A stretch of 64,000 nt of DNA, taken from NCBI GenBank assembly GCA_965202585.1, contig OZ241826.1:70804001-70868000 (forward strand). Reading direction: 5' to 3'. Source of the stretch: Thalia democratica (lineage: Eukaryota). Shown in pieces: positions 1-13,561 of this stretch. The translations under genes and the position numbers were made by a program. Position 1 is the stretch's first letter. The number at the start of each line of letters is the position of its first letter. The notes beneath the pieces are model-generated. The model worked only from the letters and a program-made list of their open reading frames with translations, searched no databases and was not told where the DNA came from.

Positions 1-1699
1 AAAAAAAATTGAAAAAACGAGTGGCAACCCTGAACCCTGTATTTATTTTTATTATAATGGAGTTTTTAAGTTTCCAGGCTTAAGTATCAGTTAACATAGT
101 TTTATGGCTAATAATACTTTTTATTAATTTCACCACCTCTGGCTGACTTTGCCTAGTTTTTAGTCACTCAAGCTGGCTTATTTAGCTTTAAATCTTGGCA
201 ACTCTGTTGTAACCTTTGATATTTACTTAATAAGGTTTTTGGTTTGTTAAAACAACTCATATAAAATAAAATTAAATAGGTACATGTTGAATTAAAAAAC
301 TACACACATATATCTGTTTTATTAAAAAACTACACATTATCTAAATCCTAAGAAATGTGGCTAATTAAAGAGTAGTAAAAGTTGTAAATAAGAAAATTGT
401 TATAAATACATAATCCCAAGACATTAATTTTTTAATTAACCGTCCCAAAAAAGAGTATGGAACTGATTTATCTTATATTTTTTAATCACTGTATGCTGTT
501 TATAAACTTGATGTTTAACACTTTGAAACAGCCACTCCTACACTATTAGTGATATCAGAAGCATGATGTATAAAATATTAAATTTTGATTTTGCACCATT
601 TATTAAAAAGTATATTGGTCTTAGTGTAACACTAATTTTATATAGAAAAAATACTAAAAATCTTCTAAATGTGTCTGTAATTTTTTTTCTTTAATTGTTT
701 TTCATTAAGTTCTGTCAATTCAAAATAATAGTTAAAATTTTAAATTATATGATATGTGTTTGCCATTAATATAGTTTGTTAAGGTCACAGGGTGGGTAAG
801 ACATCATTTTTACATAATGATCTTAATTTAATGATCTTTAACTTAACTTGCAGCTGCTTTATACTGCTTTGTAAAATACAAATTAGTTTTTGAGATATGG
901 TGGTACAAAGTTGGAAAGCTTCATAAGTTCTTTATTCAAAGATCAAAGTAAAAAGGCAAAAAAAAAAAACTATTTCATTAAAAACCTATCTTTTCCTACA
1001 GTATTCAAGTAATCTTTCTAAAACTTTCTCAGTTTAATCTCAAGTAAATAATTATTATTACTATGATAATATTTTTTTATCTTGATCAGAAAAAAATACT
1101 GATAATTATCTTTATTTTGGTTACAAAATTTTTTAATTTATTTTTTTATAATTCTTACAATAAGATTTCTGTTAATGCTAGGATGTTTCCTTAAAGTTCT
1201 AGGTTATAAATTAAAAACAAGGGAGGAGATGGATTTTTAGCATTAAAAAACATGAAAAATTTGCAATGAATTTTTTTTGTTCTATTTATTTGTATTGGAA
1301 ATTTTTTACACAACTGACAATATTTAAATATATGAATAATATTTTTATTTTCTGTGAAAAGTATCTAACAGTATATAATTAAAGCTTTCATTGGGTCTTA
1401 TATAAGTTAAAAAAAGTTGTTGTATCCCCTATTATGGCCTTAACTCAATTTAGGATCATTTCTGCTTAGTTAAAAGATAATTTTAAAATAATTTAATTTA
1501 CTCAGAATAAAGTCAAGTTTATGTAATTATTTCACTAAAATGTAATCACAAATTAGCACTTAAAAGAGTTGCCAAAAAAAAATGGAATCAAGAAATTTGA
1601 CAATTTGACTTGAACATTGTAATAGAGAAATTTAAAAAAAAACCTGTAATTTTGAATAACCTTAAAAAACCTAGTATTTTAAACAATTTTCTCATGTTA

Positions 1700-2165
1700 A
1701 TAGGGTTCCACTTTACCTGGAAAACTTCTACATTTTTTGAGATAACTTCCTCAAAGTTTCAGAAAATGTTACTTGCATATTTAGAAAATTCTGTTGCAAG
1801 GAAATATTAAAAAAGTAAGAAATTGAAATTTTATATAAACTAAACAAAAAACTGTTTTTTTTTAATTTTTTTGTTATAAAAAATGAATTTTTTAAATTTT
1901 GTTCCTAAGGAATTTTCTAATAGTTGCAAGGAATATTTCCTGAAAATTTAATGTAGTTATCTGAAAAAACATAGGAGAGTTTTTTAGTGAAATAATGTAT
2001 TTTCCTGTTGTAGTTTGCGTCTCCCATAAGGAGCCTATTGTTGCCTCCGACTTTTACCGGCCATATCACAAAAATAGTTTTGAATTTTAAAAAACTGCAA
2101 AAAGCATCTTGTAGTTTAGTAAAAACAATATAAAATAAGATCAAACTAAAAAAGTGTTTGAATAG
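1700..2165. mobile_element. Family B palindromic MITE fragment
   Basis: Hairpin centred near 1852, then the reverse complement of the family B arm (TAGTTTGCGTCTCCCATAAGGAGCCTATTGTTGCCTCCGAC). A more decayed copy lies at about 790-1030. Confidence 0.7.
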
Positions 2166-2862
2166 CAACTTTAACTAGTTTACAAGCAGAAATAAGTCAT
2201 CATGTTGAAAGTTTACTGTTTAAATCTAGTTAAAATAAATTTTAAGCTTTGACTTTAGGACATAAGGGACTTTATATTCTTTTGTTTAAAAGTTGGTGTT
2301 ATTTATCACATTGATTTTGTTTCTAATGATTTTTGTAATAAACTAAAAATTATTACATTAGTTTTCAAACTTTTTTCTTTATAAAACAGACATTTTCTTA
2401 ACTTTTATATGTTTGACAATATTTAAGTTTTGCTTTGATAATAAAAGTGTTTCATTTTGTATTTTTTAAAATTTTAACATCCTCAAATTTAATAAAGACC
2501 AATCATAGTCAAGTATTTTATGTCATGTGACATCAAGTTTCAAGAGCTCACTGTTTAATTATTATAATGGTTAGTTTCCCTTTCTTAAGTTTGAAAGTTC
2601 AAGTGGTTAGTTAATTTTTGTGAATGAATTTAGGTAGTTTTTTTAATTTTATATTAAACTTTCTCAATATAATCTTCATAAAATTAATGACAACTTGAAG
2701 AAAAGTGTTTTTAGTTTCATACAGAAAGTATCTTGTAAACAATTATTTTAATAAAGTATTAAATATTTTTTTTTCAACCTTGTTAAACTTATTCTAAATA
2801 TTGCTAAGGACATTTCCAGTTTTAGGTAAAATGCTATAAAAACGTAGGAACTAACTTATTAG

Positions 2863-4651
2863 TAGTGATGTACTGGACCCACAATTTTGGGTCCAGCCGG
2901 AACCAGATCCCAACTATTTTTTTAATTAGAATCCGGCCGGAACCAGTGCATGATTTTCTTTTTAAATTAAGATCCGGCCGGAACCGGACCCAAATATTTT
3001 TTAAAATTAAAATCTGGACGGATCTGGAAACGGATTCTTAATACTCTAACTTATTTGTAATGTAAGTAGTATAAAAACTACTATGTACAATAATGCAATT
3101 TTATATAACTAACTACTAACTAAGTACAATTGTGTAAACTTTATCTTTTATGTGTTATATCTAGCTATATACTTTTGAATGTTGAAAAATTATAGTTTAA
3201 AAAAAATTTAGACTAAAAGCATTAATGTGCTGCTAAAATAATTAAATAATAAGAAAGATTATGATATGTTATCAAGGTATAGTTAAGATTAAGGCCTAGT
3301 TAAGATTAAACAGTTAAAAATAGTAGCTGGTATTTTTGCTAATTTTCTGAACAATATTTACATTTAAATTTTATTAAATTAAAAGAACAAAAGAAAAACT
3401 TGAAATTGAAAGAACAATAAAAAAATTAAAATATCTTTGCTAAACTTATAAACTTTCCATGATTTTTGGCAACCAGAATATCACCTAATTTTAGCTAATA
3501 TCAGGGCCACTCTTTGATTCATAAAAACTAACCTCAGTGATTATAAATTTTCCTGACAAAGGCTGAGGTTTTGGAAAACCAAAAAAATAAATACTTAAGG
3601 CTGACAAGCTTATCAATCAGTGAAACAGCTAGCCACAAGGTTAAACATTTTAAGTAATGTTTACAATTAAGGCTAAAGGGGGTTAAGCACTTTTTTTATA
3701 AATTGATATTATTTAATAGAATACTATCTTAGCTACTAGATGCTTTTTACAGCTTTACAGAATTCAAAGTAGTTTTTGAGATATAAGTGGTCAAAGCCGG
3801 AGGGTTCCTTAGGGACCTAATGAAAGGCGCAAGCTAAAAACGCGGAAATATCCATTTCACTAAAAATCTATTTCCTCCTAGGTTTTTTAAGATAGGTACC
3901 TCAAATTTTCAAAGAAATATTCCTTACACAGTTTAAGGGCATAGGGGGGGTAAACACCCTTTTTTGGTTTTTGATCTTATTTTATGTAGTTTTTACTAAG
4001 CTACAAGATGTTTTTTACAGATTAAAAAAAATCAAAATAATTTTTGAGATATAGCTGGTCAAAGTCAGAGGCAACAATAGGTTCCTTATGGGAGGCGCAA
4101 ACTAAAACGGCAAATCACTAAAAATCTATCTTCTCCTACGTTTTTTGAGATAACTACCTCAAATTTTCAGGAAATGTTCCTTGCAATATTTAGAAAATTC
4201 TGTCAGAACAGATTTAAAAAAAATTAAAAAATAAAAATTTTATAACAAAAAAACAAAAAAAAACTTTTTTTTGTTTATTTTTTTAATAAAATTTTTATTT
4301 TTTAATTTTTTAAAAATTCCTTCCGACAGAATTTTCTAAATATATCAAGGAACATTTCCTGAAAATTTAATTTTTGAACGTATTTTCTGACAAAAATGAC
4401 TCTTTAATTTACACAGGGTTTGTTTTTGAAAAATTATTTTTCTGTTTGCTCTTTTTTACTAACTAGATCCAAATTGGCCAGATCTCTGTTAGGATCCGGC
4501 CGGACCTGGACTTTTTTTTTTCAAATAAGAATCCGGCCAGAACCAAATCTGGATTTTTTTTATATCACAATCCGGCTGGATCCAGATATTAGACAAAAAT
4601 AGCAATATCCGGCTGAATCCGGACCCGGATATTGAGTCCGGTACATCACTA
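2863..4651. mobile_element. Non-autonomous hAT-type DNA transposon carrying nested insertions
   Basis: TIR TAGTGATGTACTGGAC / GTCCGGTACATCACTA (15/16). Perfect 8-bp TSD CTTATTAG (2855-2862, 4652-4659). Clustered subterminal ATCCGGCCGGAACC-like repeats at both ends. No transposase ORF. Confidence 0.9.
3672..4370. mobile_element. Foldback/palindromic MITE family B, nested in the hAT element (tandemly duplicated left arm, truncated right arm)
   Basis: Two about 270-bp direct copies (about 3672-3940 and 3943-4200) sharing TTTTTGAGATATA...GGAGGCGCAAACTAAAA...AAAATCTATCTTCTCCTA...GATAACTACCTCAAATTTTC, followed by an inverted segment to about 4370. Homologous to 57184-57669. Confidence 0.75.
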
Positions 4652-5538
4652 CTTATTAGTAAATTTTCAAATATCTAGAAAGTTCATTACAAGTTTTTTT
4701 CCTCCATATGTTAGTATTGGAAAAAAAAAACTGAGAGGTACTCCAAATTCTGTCAAAATTAAAAATTTATATTATGAGTACCTTTAAGGTGTACCTTATG
4801 CTATCATACAAGGGCCATTGTTAGTTTAGAAAATATATACAGCCTAAAATGGCCTTAAATAGTTAAACAACAAAAAATTTAACTTTTCATTACAGAATTT
4901 TTTGAAATTAATCAAAAACCATGTTTTATATCAATTGCTTAGTTTTCAAAATTCAAGTAGTTTTTATGATGCCTTGTTATGAAATTTTTTAATACTAAAT
5001 ATGCAATTTTAAACATATCACTTCTATTCCTAAACTAAGAAAATTGATTCCTTAAAAAGTATAATTTGGTAAGTAAAGTTTTTGAGATGTAATTTTGACA
5101 TACACAAAAATTAATCAGTTAAAAAAAAACTGAAGCATATATTTTCTTCTTTCCAAAACAAGTTGATGAAAAAAAATATTTAAAACTTTCAGTATAAAAT
5201 AGTTCCAATAAATTTTAAATCAGTGATAAGCATTTTATACATTTTACAATTCTTTAAATAAAGTAAAGTTGTGCAAAATATGCTGCACTTCTTTAAACTC
5301 ATGATTACTGAAGATAATAAAGTATTTTGATAAATATTTTAATGAAGTTTACAATCTAAACTGTTAAGTTTAGTTGCTTTTTAAATAAAAACATAGCTGA
5401 AAAAAATACATATTGTATAAAAAAAAACAGTTTGTATCAAAAGCAAATTGGTAGTAAATAAAAAGAGCATAAATATATTTGCAGTTTTTTAATTCTAAAT
5501 TTTATATAAAATTTTAATAAGTGGGTTGTCTTTGAATC

Positions 5539-8500
5539 ATGTCAATGAATAATGGATCAGAAATAGCTACCAATAGCACTGAAACTATGGCCAAGCTTAT
5601 AGCCCTTGAAAATAGAACTGGTTACAGTGAGTTTCTAACTTTATTTTGGTTTTTTAAGTAGTATGTAAAAATATATATAATCATTAAATTATTCGTTTGA
5701 TATAATTAAATAACATACATTAAACAACAGTTGAAACTTTATGTTAAAAGTGTAAAGTCTAATTACAATTGAAAATAAAATCATTGATAAGTTATCAAAC
5801 AAAATAGTGAATAAAATAAACTATTTTTTATTAAGGAATGCAACAATTTAATGGCCAACGTAAGTTTTGGAATCCAAATTGGGATAAATCCATCCCACCA
5901 AGAGGGTGTGAAGTTTTTGTGGGCAAAATCCCACGGGACTTGTATGAGGATGAATTAGTACCGGTTTTTGAAGAGGTTTAGTTTAGTTTTTACTTATTCT
6001 GTTCCACATCTTAAACAAATGCAATAAATTAATTTGATTTTGAGTATTCAAGCCTTAAAGGTTAATACTTTAATTTATAATATAGCTGCCCATATTTTTT
6101 TTGTAATTAAGGTTATACCCTTTTATAGATAGGACAAATTTATGAATTGCGCCTAATGATGGATTTCAGTGGTTACAACAGAGGATACGCGTTTGTGTGC
6201 TTCACATGCACTGATCATGCGAAAGCAGCTATTGAAAGACTGGACAACTATGAAATTCGTCCTGGTCTAAGAATTGGTGTTTGCAAGAGTGTTGACAATT
6301 GCAAGTATGATGTTGTGTAAATTTTTGTATGGTTATTATTTTTTAAGTTAAAATTTTTATATAATGTTGTCTGTAACATTCTGTAAAAATTTGAAATGTG
6401 TTATAACAAAGTTTCCAACAAGTACATTGAATAAGCTAATAATTTACAGGCTGTTTGTTAATGGACTTCCAAAAGACAAGTCACAGCAAGAGATTCAACA
6501 GGCTATGTCAGAAGTTTCTGAAGATGTCAGTGATGTTATAGTACATCCTGGAAGTAATCCAGGTAAGATTAATGTGTTTTACCATAGTTTTACTTAATGG
6601 TTTGGTGTTTGATTTATATCTTAAGTTTCTTAGGTTTAGTTTCTAGTATATTTAATTTTACAAAGTAAGCTTAAAATTGCAAAAATAAAAGCGTTATGGT
6701 TATACTTAAATTACATTCATAAACAAGTTATCTATAATAAGTTTTTATTTTGAGAAAAAGTAATGGTTATACTTTACATTTATAAACCAGTTTGCTATAA
6801 TTAGTTTTTTAATTTGAGAAAAAGAAGTTAAGCTCTATCTTCTTTGAGTCACATTAACTACATCTGTAATCTATTAAAACAGTAATGTAAGAAAAATAAT
6901 TTTATTTTCATGTATATACATATTTGCCCAGGTGAAAAAAATCGCGGATTTGCATTTGTTGAATATCAAACTCATCGTGCAGCAGCCATGGCCCGTAGGA
7001 AGTTAATGCCAGGTAGAATAACAATATTCGGCAGTGAGGTTGTTACTGACTGGGCTGAGCCTGAAACGGATGTTAGTTAAAATTACATTACATTGTTGAC
7101 TAAAAGTATTTTTACACTTTTAATAAAAAATCTTTTTTATTTTTAAGATTTAAAACTAAATTTATTTAGCATTTCTTATTGTTTTAAGCATGAAGTTGAC
7201 ACTTCATTATTATAGTAATTTGCAACTATTAAGTTTGAAAAAATTTTCATAGTATGTTTTATTTATTAAATATACAATAAAAATATATAAATAATTATTT
7301 ATTATCTAGATGAATGACACTTTAAGTCGCATAAAAAACGTTTATGTGCGTAACTTAAAGCTTACCACCACTGAATCAGCAATTTACTTTGCATTCAACG
7401 CTGTCCGGCCCAATGCAATTGAACGCGTGAAGAAAATTCAAGATCGAGATTATGCTTTTGTTCACTTTTTAAAGAGAGAAGACGCTTTGTTTGCCATTCA
7501 AGTTTGTATTTGGTTAAGTTTAATAGTAAAAATTTATAAAATATAATTTGTTGTTCGAAATATCGCATTACAACAAATCTAAATGCATTATTTAAATTTT
7601 CAGGCAATGAATGGCCAAAAAATTGACGGTCAGGAAGTTCAGGTCTCACTTGCAAAGCCTCCATCTAATAAAAACGATACACTCAACAGCATACTTCAAA
7701 ACTTTAGCATCCAAAAACAAACTGGTTAATTGATTAATTATTTTTAAAAATTTCTCATTTTAAAATAATTGTTTTGTAAAATTATGCCTAAAGAAATAAA
7801 GTTTGAATAGTTGAAACTTAATTAGCTAACTATACCTAGTTAAACTAGAAAATAATTGTAATTTCAATTACCAAAAACTTTTATTATGAACATTTTTAAG
7901 CTCAAAGATCATCTTACCCACCAATGGTTAATGCAGTAAACAATAACTCAATTGTCCAAGATCGCTTAAATTCACTGCTTCTTCATAACCCAAACAACAT
8001 TGTCAACCAACAACAGCATTTGCTAAACCAACTCACCAATAACTACCCTTTGATGCAGCCACAACAAGACTTATCAAATCCATTCAACAGAAATGTGAGT
8101 AACAAATTAGTTTTGTGTTTTGTATAAAGGAACTATTTAAATAAATTAAAGCAATTAATTTAAAATTCTTAACTAATTTAGAAAATAATTATTTATATGT
8201 CTAATAAGTTAAATATGTCCGTTTTTATTAATCTTAGACAAAATATTTACAAAACTTAGATTAAAATAAAGTATTTTTATGTAATGAATTTTTGACTAGA
8301 ATAACTGAGAAAAAATTATTGAAAATGATTTGATACAAACATATAACTAAATTTGTTAATTCTATAGCCACAAATTTCTGCATTGAGTTCATTGCAACTA
8401 CCCTCGCAAAGTCTTGCAAACGTTTACCAGCAGCAGATCAACCAGAAAGCAGCAGCCGCTGCCGCATTGAACCAACTGGCAAACCAGGCGCAGCTGGCAC

Positions 8501-8782
8501 AACTGCAAAATTATTCTCAGCTGCCCCAGCTGAACCGAAACTCGTTCGCGTCGCCCGTTCCATTTGCCCCTTCGATGAACAATTTGCAGCACGACCTAAT
8601 GGGCAATCCTCTACTTCAGTCGACTTCTCAAATGAACCACGCGTTGCTGAATCAAGTTACTGATAACTTGAGCCCATTGACTGCTCTTGAAAATCTCTCC
8701 AAAATACATGATCCAGTGGTTAGAACATATTAGATATTTACACAATGTTTTGATACAACTTAGAATTTTTTTTGTTAAAATT

Positions 8783-8818
<36 letters not shown>

Positions 8819-10943
8819 ATTATTATTATTAAAGTTTGATGCATTTTGCTTCATTTTACAAAGAAAAAGAATGTTTAAAAAGCTTTTATTTTACTTTAGG
8901 CCTATTTGGATGAGATAAGTGAGCTGTTTTTAAATGGAGCAAGGCCAGTTTACAGTGTTTTCACAGAAAGCCTAATAGGAAAAACCTTCTACGTGTTCAA
9001 GGTATTTTTTATGGGTAAAACATATACTCCAACACCTGCACATTATTCTGAAGATTTGATGGAGGCAAAAACGAATGCTGCAAAATATGTTATGAATGAA
9101 ACTGGTTTGCAAAATTTTTGCTAATTTATCTATCACATAATAAGTCACAAAGACTGTTTGATTAAGCTTAACAATTAATTTTATGATTAAACAAAGGTTT
9201 TATTAGTTTCCTATGAGATATATGTATATATTTCTACAATTTGAATTTAATATCTGCAGTTATTAGATTGAGGGCATAGTTAATATTTGTTAAAATTTCA
9301 ACAGATCCTTGGCTATGGAAACAGATATCGACACTTTTAGGAAATGGCAATGTAAATAGTTTGGTTCAGCGCAACAACTTGAGTTTTCAACGAAACCACC
9401 TGTCAAGTTTGAATGGTAGAACAGCCCAGAACGGTATATTGAATGGCAACGACGACTTTTTAAGCACTGCACTCAAGCAAAATCTTCAGAACAAGCTCAA
9501 CAACCAGCTTGATCAGGATGCGTCCAGTAGCAATGGGGTCTTCAACACAAACTCTCCACTTTGGAACTCACCCGTTGTTCAATCGTCAAAGGTAAGTTAT
9601 TGTTGAGCTACTTTAAAAATTGTACGGTTAAAGTTATAAATTTAATTATTTAATTATACCACAAGTTTGTTTTGTTGTTTGTAAATGTATTAACATTAAG
9701 TAGTTGAAAAAACAGACATTAAGTTAAGTAACTACATTTTCAAGAGTAAGCCATTTTGATTATTTATTTTTAACTGCAAAGTTCATGGTAAAATGAAGTT
9801 AATTTTAAAGTATTTAGATCTATATAGTTACTTCATTTGAATGAATTAGTTTTAATCTGTAAGACATCAGGTCTTTAAAGCGGTTAAATAGAAATAGTCA
9901 ATTATTTTGAAAGTGTTTAATTCATGTAATGTGTAGTTAGTTTATTAATGTAATTGTTGTAATTTCAAAACCAGAAAGTAATGTTATTTGATAGTCTGAA
10001 AAGGTTAACAATAAACAGTTTTTCATTGCTAACATTTAATGTCTGATTAGCTTTTAAATAAAGTATAATTCTATAACATATATTAAGTTATTAGCCATGT
10101 GGAAATTTACCTCAACATTGTTATGTTTTAAGTATATACCTAAGTACTGTCATTAGTGGTTATGAGTTTCGTTAAGCAAAAAAAGTCACAAGCACGTTTA
10201 TTTATTTTATTTCAACAGCTATTGTCGAGTTTAGCAGTGAGCGCGCAGCCGGAAATCCCAACAAGAAACACTTTGAACAACGGGGCGTTAATTGGAGGTG
10301 GAGACTCTTTTCTGTCGTCCAGCAATGACAAAAACAAACAGGTGGGAGTGATTTCACCACCTAACAAGGCGGTTTCTTCGAACAGTGTCCTCAATTCTAA
10401 CACGGATAACTTTTATCATTCTTTGTTGAATGATGACAATAAGTTGTTGGAAGATTTCAGAAGTGTATCTCTAGCTCAAGTATGTTTTGTATTAGCTTTT
10501 AGGTATATTAAGAAGTGTTGTAGTTTTAGATAATGTTTTGTAAACTTAAGCCTGAAACGTACAAACATATTTACAAAACTGAAAAAGAATTAGTAATTTT
10601 ATATAAGCTTAATCTAAATAATAAAAAGATTAGCCTAAAAGATATTTGATTACAAGTTTTAGACTTAATATTTGTTTAGCTAGTTAATTTTGTCTACTAC
10701 ATAGTTTTTAGTTCTAAGAAAAATACCAAAAAAATCTTTTAAAACATTACAATGCACAAGCAGGATACAAAAGACTTTGAAGGCATGAGCGGTGCGAACG
10801 GTTTGAACAGTTTGTACAACTCGTACCCAGTCGCAGCTAGCGGAGACAGCAGGGCTCAGGATTCTAGCCAGAACGTCGGTTCAAGCGGGTTCATGCCCCT
10901 CCACGACATTCCCAGCAGCCAGAATAAAGACATTTTTTCTTAG
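5539..10943 (+). CDS. A1CF/RBM46/RBM47-family RNA-binding protein (3 RRMs, Q/N-rich linker, dsRBD-like domain, N/S-rich tail), 13 coding exons, about 815-816 aa
   Basis: Exons 5539-5626, 5836-5975, 6129-6304, 6450-6562, 6932-7071, 7310-7501, 7604-7724, 7901-8094, 8368-8718, 8900-9104, 9305-9591, 10219-10479, 10761(or 10764)-10943. All introns are GT-AG, phases are compatible, total 2451 nt = 817 codons. Family motifs: [129 protein letters not shown]. Exon 10 (YVFKVF...[12 protein letters not shown]) is dsRBD-like. Orthology within the family cannot be resolved by eye. Confidence 0.92.
8787..8831. repeat. (TAT)n microsatellite in intron 9 of the RRM gene
   Basis: Directly visible tandem TAT units. 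Confidence 0.95.
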
Positions 10944-13066
10944 AATACTAGCAAGTAATGTATTTTAAGCTATTGAAGTATTTTTAGTATATACCTCAAT
11001 GAAATTTCCCATGATATGTAGCTGTTTTGTTTTCACGATGCGTTAAAAATGTCTACTTAAAGGTAAAGGAAGCATAGCATGCGCCAAACTTTCTCATATA
11101 ATATTCCCACACTTATTTTTTGTATTTTCTAATTAGATTACTTTTTATTTACTAATTACATTGAACTTTTGTGCATCAAAAATTGTTTAATATTTTGATG
11201 AAAATTATTTACTTATAATATGAAGTTGAAGCGGCGTTTAATTTCTAAATGTTAGCAAGTGCAGTGAAAAGTAAGACAGTTAAGTTGAAAAAAATTAGTA
11301 GCAAATAGATATATAAATTAGAAGTTGTTGTTCTTAGTGCATTCTGTTGAGTGTTGTTCAAATTATAAATCATGGTTATATTAAGTTATTTTATAATAAG
11401 ATTTACTCATATGAAAATATATTTAAAAGTCAAGTTTAAAAGTAGTTGAACTAAAAATATATTTGCAGTCATAACTAAACAAAAAAATCAGCTTTTATTT
11501 AAATTTTATAATCTAAGTATTTTAATTAGTGTCATATACGCAACATTTAGTTTTAAGACTAGTTCATTAAAAAGTCTTACATACTGATAATATAATAGGT
11601 TAGATTTGTTTTATGTTCAATATTAGTATGTAAACTGTAAAACGAGTTGTTCAAAAGTCTCATCAATGGTTGAGCATAAAGTTTCTTAAATGTTCTGGAA
11701 ACCAAGTAGGTCTTTCAATTCAATAAAATGTTTGAGGCTTTATTTTTAAATTTCATAGTTCTATTAAAATGTAAGTTAACCGCTGCTCAAGTTTTTTCAA
11801 CAAAAACATTTCCTTGTCTATTCACTGCACTTGTTATCAGTTTCTTCAATCAAAAGAATAAGTATGTTTATGTAAACTTGGTTAGTATTATTTAATAATA
11901 GTTTAATTTGTGTAATCGAGATAAGGTTTTTTATGTGTTTAAAATCTACCTGATCGTTTTATTTTAAATAGTAAAATTAAGTGAAACCCCGGTATTTTAT
12001 TGAAGAACCATTATTGTACGTTTGTTTTTATATGAATATTAGTTCTATACCAATAATAATTTTTTTATATTTCTCTACCCGAATTCTTTTATAAACATCA
12101 TTGTTAGTTTTGATGAAAGTTGATCAGCTTTTTTCCACGTTATTTTAAGAGACTCTTTTACGCACCAATGCTCTACGCTACCAGTCTCCAGTACATTTAT
12201 TCTAAGTAAATTGTTATGCTTTCGTTGTACATTTTGTTCGAGTTTTTTAAGACCGCTATTAAATGTCGGTGTTTGTTGAGTTCGTTAAAAAAAAAACTGA
12301 ATAAATTATTTATTCTGAATTGTATGTTGTCCGATATATATTTTTAAAGTTCTTATTTTTATAAAATATTTGCAAGAAAATACAACTTTGTTATCTTGTC
12401 TAAGTTCATCAAAGCAACCTTTTATAATTGAGGTATTTTCCCAATGTTTTACGTAGTAAAGATAATGAGTTGTATATACTTAGACATTATAATTAAATTA
12501 CGACTAAGAGCTTATAATTGTCAATGAGGTAGGATCAGAAAAAACAAATTAATTTTAAACTGTCACAAACAATTAATTACAGTAAGGACTAAATTTACTT
12601 AATTATAATTACATATTTGTTAAAAGATAATAAATTAACAATTTAAAAAAATCGTTATTTTAAATCTAATTTAAAGTTGGTTGCTTTAATCAATGTCGAA
12701 AAACTGTTAGTAAATCACTAAAATTTACTATCCTACTTTTTACAGATAATAGTATGCTGAATTTATATAAAGTTTAGTCAAAACTTAATCTTTATAGTCT
12801 AGATTTTGAAAGCTTGGTTGTGCTAAGAAAGCAACTTTTAATGCATTCGTTAAGGTACTTAAGACTCGGGGTTGTCAATAAACCTGGAATTTTGAACAAA
12901 AGTCGTAAAAAAAATTGAAATTTTTACATTTTAAGTATAAGATCGCGATTAGATACGTAGAATCTATTATGTATATTGTAGAATGTAGATCAACAAAAAC
13001 ATTGGCAAAAGTCTACAGAACCGAAGCCCCTGGACTTTCATATGCTGTGAGACCATCTCAAGTTTA

Positions 13067-13208
13067 CAAGGTTTGATCATACCAATTCGATTATCAGACT
13101 ACAAGCTTTCGGTAGGCTCAGACCGGTTTCGTCATAATCAGGACGGAACCGGTCTCAGTCTACCGAAAGCTTGTGGTCTAATGATCGAATTGGTATGATC
13201 AAAACTTG
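13067..13208. mobile_element. 142-bp perfect-foldback element (MITE-like), TTA target duplication
   Basis: Arms of 67-68 bp with 7 differences and an 8-nt loop ATAATCAG. TTA at 13064-13066 and 13209-13211, consistent with a PIF/Harbinger-type 3-bp TSD. Confidence 0.7.
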
Positions 13209-13561
13209 TTATTGTAGACAGATTCTTTTTGTATCGTTGAAAATTTTACACATAAAATAAAAATCATTTTAAGTAGCCTTACTTTTTCAAAACAGCTTTT
13301 TACCTTAATTTTGTGTTAACACTTAAGAAATCGACCAATAAACTTGGAAGAAAGTCAGAAAAATAGGAATGAATTTAAAAAAACTTTTTGTAATTCTGCT
13401 AGACTACTTATGTGATTATAGTAATGTCTGTAAAATGCAGACTCTTCTAAAAGTCTTATGTGTTAAATTTCAATTAATTTTATGAGCTGATACTGTAGCA
13501 TTTTGAAAGTTTATGATCATACTATTACAGTAATAAAGATAAGACACCCTATGAATTAAAA

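Noticed and set aside
2880-3040. CRISPR-like array of ATCCGGCCGGAACC repeats with spacers
   Set aside because: The repeats are degenerate, the spacers are low-complexity A/T, the context is eukaryotic, and they are the subterminal repeats of a TSD-flanked hAT element.
1610-4602. Short ORFs 1610-1810, 1917-2168 and 4420-4602 (and similar F/K/L/N-rich ORFs elsewhere, e.g. 17158, 43726, 44170, 45572, 47151, 58611, 60073, 60632)
   Set aside because: They lie in repeats or AT-rich intron/intergenic DNA, have low-complexity composition, and show no splice or domain support.
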